Positions 32,792 through 40,203 of a stretch of DNA of 64,000 bases are shown in pieces. Location of the stretch: positions 105,719 to 169,718 of the forward strand of contig JAKMAJ010000010.1 of the NCBI GenBank assembly GCA_022378355.1. Reading direction: 5' to 3'. Within the stretch, counting starts at the first letter, position 1, and the number at the start of each line of letters is the position of its first letter. Under the pieces are notes generated by a model that saw nothing but the letters and a program-made list of their open reading frames with translations, ran no database searches and was not told the DNA's origin. The stretch comes from Brenneria bubanii (GTDB lineage Bacteria; Pseudomonadota; Gammaproteobacteria; Enterobacterales; Enterobacteriaceae). Made by a program: the position numbers and the translations under genes.

Positions 32792-32916
32792 ATTAACCGG
32801 TTATCAAGTGTTCGACGCCTGACGGAACATTCACAGGAAAGCGGCGACAGGCCGCTCCTGGAATGCCGGCGTGGTGCTGAATCACAGCAAAACCAACGCG
32901 TCGACGAGAGAGGTAA

Positions 32917-32932
32917 TGCGAAAGGCGTGCCA
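32917..32932 (-). promoter_or_regulatory. Sigma54 -24/-12 promoter, the putative RtcR target, driving the SPFH/NTase operon
   Basis: The minus strand reads TGGCACGccttTCGCA, one mismatch from TGGCACG-N4-TTGCA. It sits in the intergenic region shared with rtcR, about 335 nt upstream of the SPFH ATG. A candidate IHF-like site (tATCAgtgaaTTAt) and direct repeats lie just upstream. Confidence 0.6.
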
Positions 32933-32961
32933 GCAGCAAGAAAACCACGAATAAAAATTAT

Positions 32962-33000
32962 AATTCACTGATAATTAATATATTTTACTGAATTCACTTA
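32962..33000. repeat. Direct repeats AATTCACTGA / AATTCACTTA, 29 bp apart, in the rtcR/sigma54-operon intergenic region; candidate enhancer (UAS) for RtcR
   Basis: Two 10-mer copies sharing 9 of 10 bases at 32962-32971 and 32991-33000. The second copy is embedded in the palindrome TGAATTCA. Confidence 0.35.
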
Positions 33001-33069
33001 AAGCTATACTGTTCAGGCCCGCATGAATAAACTATCTTTAAAGATAAGAATTTATAAATTAGGATAAAC

Positions 33070-34653
33070 ATGAAACGCAGAGTGGTGATTGGCGCGCTGG
33101 GCACCGTCCTGGATAAACGCGGCAAACGGGCCAACCGCTGGAATAAATGGCGGCCGACGGTCGCACTATGCCAACAGCCGGAGATGCCGGTGAGCCGGCT
33201 TGAATTACTGTACCAATCGCGCCACATCGGTCTGGCGGAACAGGTTCGCGCGGACATCGCCGCGCTGTCGCCCGCAACCGAAGTACGTCTGCATGCCGTC
33301 GATTTGTTGGATGCCTGGGATTTTGAGGAGGTCTACACCGCGTTTCTCGACTTCGCCACCCGCTACACGTTCGACACCGAGAACGAAGAATATCTGGTAC
33401 ACATCACCACCGGCACCCACGTCGCGCAGATCTGTTGGTTTCTGCTGACGGAGGCGCGCTACCTGCCGGCCTGCCTGCTGCAAACCAGTCCGTCCCCCCG
33501 GCATGAAGACGCCCCGACTCCAGCCGGCGTCTATTCGATTATCGACCTGGACCTCAGCCGCTACGCGACGCTGACGAGCCGCTTTCAACAGGAGCAGCAG
33601 GCGTCGGCCTCGTTTTTGAAAGCCGGCATTGCGACGCGCAACACGGCGTACAATGCCTTGATTGACCAAATCGAGCGCGTCGCGCTGCGCTCCGCCGCGC
33701 CGTTGTTGCTCACCGGGCCGACCGGCGCGGGAAAATCCTTTCTGGCGCGGCGGATCTACGAATTAAAAGCCGCTCGCCATCAGGTTTCAGGCCGCTTCGT
33801 CGCCGTCAACTGCGCGACGCTGCGAGGAGACAATGCGATGTCGACGCTGTTCGGGCACGCCCGGGGCGCGTTTACCGGCGCGCAGCAGGCGCGAACCGGA
33901 CTGCTGAGGGAAGCGGACGGCGGCATTCTGTTCCTGGATGAAGTCGGCGAACTGGGTCTGGATGAACAGGCTATGTTGCTGAAAGCGATTGAAGAAAAAA
34001 CCTTTTTTCCCTTCGGCTCAGATAAGGAAGTCAGCAGCGATTTTCAACTGATCGCCGGTACGCATCGCGATATGCCGCGCTGGGTCGCGGCCGGCCATTT
34101 CCGTGACGATCTCTACGCGCGCATCAATATGTGGACCTTTCCCCTCCCCGGCTTGGCGGCGCGGCGTGAAGATATCGAGCCCAATATCGACTTTGAGCTA
34201 CAGCGTTTTGCCGAGACGCAGCTGCTGCAAGTCCGCTTTGACCGCGAAGCGCGCCAGCGATTCCTGGGATTCGCCTGCTCGCCGCAGGCGCCGTGGCACG
34301 GCAATTTCAGAGAATTAAGCGCCAGCGTCGTCAGAATGGCGACATTGGCCGATAATGGCCGCATTACCCTCGCGCTGGTCGACGAAGAGATTTGGCGCCT
34401 GCAGCGGCAGTGGGCGCCCGGCGACGCCGAGCAAGCGCCTCTACCGGAGCGCGTCGGCGACTGCGATCTGTTCGACCGCCTCCAGTTGGAAAGCGTGCTG
34501 AACCTGTGCCGTCAGGCCGGCAGCCTGTCGGAAGCGGGCCGCCGGCTATTCGCCGTCTCACGCCTGCAGAAAAAAAACCCGAACGACGCCGACCGGCTGC
34601 GCAAGTATCTGGCGCGGTTCGATCTCAGATGGGATGACGTCAAACACCATTAA
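33070..34653 (+). CDS. rtcR: Sigma54-dependent transcriptional activator RtcR (N-terminal CARF domain, AAA+ sigma54-interaction domain, C-terminal HTH)
   Basis: Colinear with E. coli RtcR over its full length, including MK…GALGTVLDKRGKRANRWNKWRPTVALCQQ…, the Walker A LLTGPTGAGKSFLARRI, the GAFTGA-type loop (GHARGAFTGAQQ) and the end DADRLRKYLARFDLRWDDVK. Confidence 0.9.
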   Translation: MKRRVVIGALGTVLDKRGKRANRWNKWRPTVALCQQPEMPVSRLELLYQSRHIGLAEQVRADIAALSPATEVRLHAVDLLDAWDFEEVYTAFLDFATRYTFDTENEEYLVHITTGTHVAQICWFLLTEARYLPACLLQTSPSPRHEDAPTPAGVYSIIDLDLSRYATLTSRFQQEQQASASFLKAGIATRNTAYNALIDQIERVALRSAAPLLLTGPTGAGKSFLARRIYELKAARHQVSGRFVAVNCATLRGDNAMSTLFGHARGAFTGAQQARTGLLREADGGILFLDEVGELGLDEQAMLLKAIEEKTFFPFGSDKEVSSDFQLIAGTHRDMPRWVAAGHFRDDLYARINMWTFPLPGLAARREDIEPNIDFELQRFAETQLLQVRFDREARQRFLGFACSPQAPWHGNFRELSASVVRMATLADNGRITLALVDEEIWRLQRQWAPGDAEQAPLPERVGDCDLFDRLQLESVLNLCRQAGSLSEAGRRLFAVSRLQKKNPNDADRLRKYLARFDLRWDDVKHH

Positions 34654-34672
34654 TTGATCGGAGCGTTTCACC

Positions 34673-35587
34673 ATGGAACTGATTTTTTTAGGCACCAGCG
34701 CGGGCATCCCGACGAAAGAACGCAACGTGACCAGCCTGGCGCTGAACCTGCATAACCCGCATCCCGCCTTTTGGCTGTTCGACTGCGGTGAAGGTACGCA
34801 GCATCAGATGCTGCACACGCGTTTAAGCGCCAGCAAGATCGAGAAAATCTTCATCACGCACCTCCATGGCGATCATCTGTTTGGCCTGCCCGGCCTGCTG
34901 TGCTCCCGCTCGATGGCCGGTTGTCAGGCGCCGCTGACGCTCTACGGTCCTGCCGGGCTGAAAACGTTTATCGATAACGCGCTGAGCCTGAGCGGCTCTT
35001 ATCTCACCTACCCCCTGGAGGTGATCGAAGTCACCTCCGGACCGGTTTGCGAAGACGAGCGCCGTGTGGTGACGGCCTATCCGATGTCGCACACGCTGAC
35101 CTGCGTCGGCTATCGCATCGAAGAGCGGCCTAAACCCGGCGCGCTGGACGTCGCGCGGCTAACGAACGAGAGCATTCGCCCCGGCCCCTGGTTTCAGCAA
35201 TTAAAACGCGGCGAATCCGTCACGCTGGAGGATGGGCGTACCCTAAACGGCGCCGACTACCTCGGACCGTCCACGCCGGGCCGATCGCTCGCGATATTCG
35301 GCGATACCCGCCCGTCGGAAGCGGGACGTATGCTGGCCGCCGGGGTGGATGTAATGGTGCACGAAGCGACGATGGAGGCCAATATGGCCGAGAGCGCCAA
35401 CGCGCGCGGCCATTCCACGACGGAACAGGCGGCGACGCTGGCTCGGGAAGCGGGGGCGGGACGTTTGATTATCACCCACGTCAGCGCGCGATATGGTCAG
35501 GAAGACAGCAAGCGGCTGCTGGCGGAGTGCCGGGCCATTTTCCCGGCCACGAACATGGCTACCGATCTGGCCACCTTCAGGGTGTAG
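34673..35587 (+). CDS. rbn: Ribonuclease BN / RNase Z (metallo-beta-lactamase tRNA 3'-processing endonuclease)
   Basis: Near-colinear with E. coli RNase BN (ElaC): [14 protein letters not shown]…NVT…[12 protein letters not shown]…[19 protein letters not shown]…[15 protein letters not shown]…LIITHVS. Lies 19 bp after the rtcR stop with its own GGAG Shine-Dalgarno. Confidence 0.9.
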   Translation: MELIFLGTSAGIPTKERNVTSLALNLHNPHPAFWLFDCGEGTQHQMLHTRLSASKIEKIFITHLHGDHLFGLPGLLCSRSMAGCQAPLTLYGPAGLKTFIDNALSLSGSYLTYPLEVIEVTSGPVCEDERRVVTAYPMSHTLTCVGYRIEERPKPGALDVARLTNESIRPGPWFQQLKRGESVTLEDGRTLNGADYLGPSTPGRSLAIFGDTRPSEAGRMLAAGVDVMVHEATMEANMAESANARGHSTTEQAATLAREAGAGRLIITHVSARYGQEDSKRLLAECRAIFPATNMATDLATFRV

Positions 35588-35632
35588 CGCGCTCCCAGTG
35601 CCCTGCGCCGCAGGGCACGAGCGCCGCCGAAG

Positions 35633-36475
35633 TTACTCCGGCACAATCTGTTCAACGCTGATGTGCCCGGTGCCTGCCGGAACCAGCGCCTGATGCAGCC
35701 AGGGCAGCACGCTTTCCATCTGCGCTTTCAGCTTCCACGGCGGGTTGATCACCACCATGCCGGAAGCCGTCATGCCGTGCCGATCGCTGTCCGGCAATAC
35801 CGCCAGCTCGATCTGCAAAATATTACGGATGCCGGTAGCGTCCAAATCTTTCAGTAGCCGTTTGATTTGCTGGCGCAGCACGACCGGATACCACAGCGCA
35901 TAGACGCCTGTCGCGAAGCGGCGGTAACCTTCGTGAATCCCCTTCACCACCGCCTGGTAATCCGTTTTCAATTCATACGGCGGATCGATCAGCACAAAAC
36001 CGCGACGCGACAGCGGCGGCAGCTGCGACTTCAGCTGCTGGTAGCCGTCTTCGCGTAAGACTTTAGCGCGGGCATCTTTCTGAAATTCATTGCGCAACAG
36101 CGGAAAATCGCTCGGATGCAGCTCCGTCAGGTGTAATTTATCCTGCTCGCGCAACAGCTGACGGGCAATCAGCGGCGAACCGGGGTAATAGCGCAGTTGA
36201 GCGTTGTGATTATAGGTGCGAACCGCCTGCATATAAGGCTCAAGCTCGGCAGGGATATCATCGCGCTGCCAGATTTTAGCGATGCCGTCCAGATACTCGC
36301 CGGTGCGTTCCGCATGCTCGCCGCTCAATTGATAGCGCCCGGCTCCCGCATGGGTGTCCAGATACAGGAAGGGTTTTTCTTTTTCTTTCAGCGCGGTGAT
36401 GATCAGGCTCTGAACGGTGTGTTTCACCACATCGGCATGGTTGCCGGCGTGAAAACTATGGCGGTAACTTAGCAT
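35633..36475 (-). CDS. rlmJ: 23S rRNA (adenine2030-N6)-methyltransferase
   Basis: Near-identical to E. coli RlmJ/YhiR (MLSYRHSFHAGNHADV.KHTVQSLII…DPPYE…). Confidence 0.9.
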   Translation of the reverse strand: MLSYRHSFHAGNHADVVKHTVQSLIITALKEKEKPFLYLDTHAGAGRYQLSGEHAERTGEYLDGIAKIWQRDDIPAELEPYMQAVRTYNHNAQLRYYPGSPLIARQLLREQDKLHLTELHPSDFPLLRNEFQKDARAKVLREDGYQQLKSQLPPLSRRGFVLIDPPYELKTDYQAVVKGIHEGYRRFATGVYALWYPVVLRQQIKRLLKDLDATGIRNILQIELAVLPDSDRHGMTASGMVVINPPWKLKAQMESVLPWLHQALVPAGTGHISVEQIVPE

Positions 36476-36805
36476 AGCGACTCTTGCTTTCCGGTGAGAT
36501 ATTTTATGAGAAAAATCAGTTAATGCTTTTTATTCCCCCATGTCGGCCCGTAGCGACCTCAACGCGCCGGAAAACACAGTAAACAGGAAAGAAAAGCCAT
36601 AGCGCACAGTATAAACGGTCTGCCGGTAAAAATATCCTCACAATGCGGCCTCCGTGCCCTACCGAGGGTAAACCACCGGCTTCAATATGATTTTTATTAC
36701 TTTTATTTTAAACATTGCCGCTTTTAACGTATAGAAAGCTACCGATATTCATCAACATGAAGTACGCTTTTCCTCCACAAGCGATGAAATGGAACATTAA
36801 CTGAC

Positions 36806-37510
36806 ATGTTACCTGAAAATGAGCGTTGGTTACTGGCGCTTTCCGCACCGATGGTCGCGCTTAATATCCAGTGTGGCGCCAATTACCGCGACCATTCCTT
36901 TTACCCGCCCGGAATGGATGCTGAGATTGACCGCTCCTGGGGGATCGATAACCGCGAGGCGTTGATCGCCATGATCAACCGCATGACCGATAACGGTCAT
37001 GCTGAGCATCTGGCTTACCACTATTTTCTGTGGCATCACATTTCACTGGCCGACTGGCAGGATTACTGCGCTCATCAATCGGCGGAAGAACAGGCGGTGA
37101 TGACGCTGGTAGGCGAGACGGCGGCGCTGTGCGGCGAAGGCGGCATACGCGCCTGGGATTTGGGCAGGATGAGCTTTCTAAGCCGAGTCGGCCTGTTAAA
37201 CGGATGGTTGAACGAAACGGAAAGCCTGTGGATCCATACCCGGTTGGCCGACCGCGCCCGCTACTACTACCGCAGTTGGCAGAACTATTTCGCCGCCTTT
37301 TTCGTTGGACGCACCTTCTGGATGGCCTCGGATGAAGAGGATCCAACGCTACAACGTTATGCCCATAGCCATTACACCGAGATGCCCAGATACATCGAGC
37401 AATTCTGTTCGCTTTACACCCATCCCGACAGCCCGGTGCATAACCTCGAGTGGGATATGGATATCTTACAAATAGACAAACCTGAGTCGCTATCGGGAGC
37501 AGAAATATAA
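36806..37510 (+). CDS. DUF1266-family protein (YbeU/YbeR-like), partner of the J-protein/HscC module
   Basis: 234 aa with a YbeU-like sequence. Immediately upstream of, and overlapping, the J-domain gene. Confidence 0.6.
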   Translation: MLPENERWLLALSAPMVALNIQCGANYRDHSFYPPGMDAEIDRSWGIDNREALIAMINRMTDNGHAEHLAYHYFLWHHISLADWQDYCAHQSAEEQAVMTLVGETAALCGEGGIRAWDLGRMSFLSRVGLLNGWLNETESLWIHTRLADRARYYYRSWQNYFAAFFVGRTFWMASDEEDPTLQRYAHSHYTEMPRYIEQFCSLYTHPDSPVHNLEWDMDILQIDKPESLSGAEI

Positions 37511-40149
37511 TGGATACCCAGTGCTGGCAATTATTAGGCATTGAGCCAACGCAAGACCTGGACATTATTCGTCAGGCTTATCGGCAAAAAGTGCCGCAAT
37601 TTCACCCGGAAACCGACCCTGAAGGCTTCAAACGGCTGCGTCAGGCCTACGATACCGCCAGCAGGCTGGCGCAAACCCCGCCCGACGAAAATCGCGCGGA
37701 AGAGGCAGCGAAGCCCGCGGAAGAGGATAGCGAATTAACGCCGCTACAGACCGCCTTCGACCAGTTGCTGAGCAATCCGGCGCAGCGGTGCGACCCGCAA
37801 CATTGGCAACGTTATATTCACTTACTGAACCAGCACAGCGTAGACGTTATTGACCGTATTCGCTGGCCCCTGCTGCAACGTCTTTCTCAGGAACCCGGTC
37901 TCGCAAACCGCTGCGCGCAAATGCTGGCCGAGCGTATGCGTTGGCAACAGCGTCTGGACGAGCTGGCCGATGCCCCGAGGGAGGAAATCAGAGACTTTCT
38001 GGACTCGCTTGAACAAGACGACCTGTTCGATTTTTCACTCTTATCGCACCTGAGCCTGCCGGCGCAATTGCAAACGATTTTCTACTTTCAGCAAGCCAAT
38101 GGGCTGTTCTGGAACCGTCCGTGGTTTGCGCTGAAAGCCCATCTGTGCATCGCTACCACCATTTACTGGCCCGATACCCCAGACTTGATGCGACGGTTAG
38201 TCCGCTGGCACAGCCATGCGGAACAGCCCTGCGCGCAGTTGCGGGATTACTGTCTGCAACAGATGGCGGAAAAACCGGAAGATGATGACTGGCTGTATCT
38301 CGCCGCCCGCCACTGTTCGCTGTGCGATGATCAACAGCAGGCATTCGCGCTCTGGTTCAGACTTTATCAGCGTAACCGCCATCCTCAGGCCGAACAGTGG
38401 ATTCTAGACTGGTGCGCCGCTCATCAGGACGATCTGCTGCCTTTGCTGATTCAGTCACTCAATCATACGCCGGCGCCGGATCTGTCCGGGCTGCCGGTTG
38501 AGGCGCCGCAACAATCCTTTTTTATCTCGCAACACAATACGCAAATGATGGCGCGCTGGGGAATGGCGCTACGGCAGTCGCTTCTCCCGCAGGCGCAAGA
38601 TTTTATCCTGTGGCGACTGGGTAAACAGGACATATCGGTCATCTACCGCCACCTGTTGCAAAATCACGGCGGCAGCGCTCACCAGATGCTCTATTGGCAC
38701 GCCTGCATGCTGACGCTGGGCGATGAGCGCCTGTTGCAGGACATACTCGACCAGCCTCAACCGGAAGATCCGCTGCACGCGCTGATCCTTCAGGGGTTAC
38801 AAACGCAGGCGGCGCAACGTCTGTCATGGCTGGCCTCATCGGCGATTATTCAGGTTTTCACCCAATGGCTGGCGGACCCGGCATCGCCGCTGCCCGAGGC
38901 GTTCACTCAGGAAGACTCCGCGAGTTGGCATCAGGCTCAGGCCTGGCTGCGGCAATTTCGCGCCTTGCCGCCGGACAGCTTGCGGAAACTCTATGACGCC
39001 GGATTGCCGCAGCAGCGGATTGAACCGATAAAAGATTGTCTGGCCGATCTGTTGCCCGATATCACGCTTGATCTGTCCCTGAACGAAGACAATACCAGCG
39101 CCCGTGACGCGCTACGGCAAGCCATACTGCTGGCCGTGATGCTGGACGATCCGCTGGATGACCTGATCACCACCGCCCGGTCGACGCTGCCGCCGCCGAC
39201 GTCGGCGCACCCGGCTCATTCGCTCTTCGCGCTATTCGATGGGGCGGATGCCTGGCAGGAGGATACCGCCACGGCATTGAAACAGCGCTTGACGTTGAGC
39301 GACCCGCTGCATTACCGCCACTGGCTGAAGCTGCCGGTATCGATAGAAGAGTACGTCGATAATACGCAAAGCGTCAGCTTTTTAGCCGCCGACGAATTCT
39401 ACCGTCGTAATCGGCGTTGGCGAGTAACGCTGGCGCAATCTCCGGCTATTTACCAGTTGTTCTTCCATGCCTTTTACGCATTACTGAGCGCGGGGGAGCC
39501 GGCCGAGCGGCATCGTCATCACCTCGAACAGCTGGAGGTTAATACTGAACTCGAGGAGCAAATCAGACATGAGCTGCTTAACGGGCCGTCGGAAGCATTA
39601 CCGAAGCTGTTAACACAGCTTTCCAGCGATAAGCGGATCACCGAGACGGGCTGCATCATTAATGATTTAGCCAAAAAAGACAGTAATTTGCCCGATACCA
39701 GCGAAGGGGATTTTCTGCTCGAATACGTCAACTATCCGCATGAAAATATCACCCTGCGGCTGATAGCGAAAACCTTACTGCAACTGGCCGAGCAACGGGA
39801 AAGTCATTTCAGAACGACGGCTCCGGCCAAGGCAAGCCACGTATGGCAGTTCTGGCGCCTCAATAGCCGCATTAACCGCGTTGGCTACCTGCTTCAGGCG
39901 GGACTGGGCAGCATGATCATCCACTACGCAAGCCACGGCATCCCTGCGTCCATACCCTATCACCACCTCATACCGCTGTTGCTGATAGTAGCCAATGTCT
40001 TTATCGCCACGCGCCGACGATTTAATGATATGGGGCATAGCGCGCCGCAAAAAGGGGCGATCATCACCATGCTGTTGCCGATATTGCTGCTGTTGCCGTT
40101 AATCGGGCCGGGCTCAAAGGGCTGGAACAAATTCGGGCCGCCGCAATAA
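37510..40149 (+). CDS. Membrane-anchored J-domain co-chaperone (DjlB/DjlC-like) with a C-terminal DUF805-like TM region; unusually long at 879 aa
   Basis: N-terminal J-domain-like segment (WQLLGIEPTQDLDIIRQAYRQKVPQFHPETDPEGFKRLRQAYD) carrying HPE instead of HPD. The C-terminus has TM helices and an RRRFNDMGHS motif reminiscent of DUF805. Convergent with hscC. Confidence 0.65.
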   Translation: MDTQCWQLLGIEPTQDLDIIRQAYRQKVPQFHPETDPEGFKRLRQAYDTASRLAQTPPDENRAEEAAKPAEEDSELTPLQTAFDQLLSNPAQRCDPQHWQRYIHLLNQHSVDVIDRIRWPLLQRLSQEPGLANRCAQMLAERMRWQQRLDELADAPREEIRDFLDSLEQDDLFDFSLLSHLSLPAQLQTIFYFQQANGLFWNRPWFALKAHLCIATTIYWPDTPDLMRRLVRWHSHAEQPCAQLRDYCLQQMAEKPEDDDWLYLAARHCSLCDDQQQAFALWFRLYQRNRHPQAEQWILDWCAAHQDDLLPLLIQSLNHTPAPDLSGLPVEAPQQSFFISQHNTQMMARWGMALRQSLLPQAQDFILWRLGKQDISVIYRHLLQNHGGSAHQMLYWHACMLTLGDERLLQDILDQPQPEDPLHALILQGLQTQAAQRLSWLASSAIIQVFTQWLADPASPLPEAFTQEDSASWHQAQAWLRQFRALPPDSLRKLYDAGLPQQRIEPIKDCLADLLPDITLDLSLNEDNTSARDALRQAILLAVMLDDPLDDLITTARSTLPPPTSAHPAHSLFALFDGADAWQEDTATALKQRLTLSDPLHYRHWLKLPVSIEEYVDNTQSVSFLAADEFYRRNRRWRVTLAQSPAIYQLFFHAFYALLSAGEPAERHRHHLEQLEVNTELEEQIRHELLNGPSEALPKLLTQLSSDKRITETGCIINDLAKKDSNLPDTSEGDFLLEYVNYPHENITLRLIAKTLLQLAEQRESHFRTTAPAKASHVWQFWRLNSRINRVGYLLQAGLGSMIIHYASHGIPASIPYHHLIPLLLIVANVFIATRRRFNDMGHSAPQKGAIITMLLPILLLLPLIGPGSKGWNKFGPPQ

Positions 40150-40203
40150 CCGGCAAACCGTAAAACATCCGCAAGCGGTACAGCCATGTACCGCTTTACC
40201 GCA

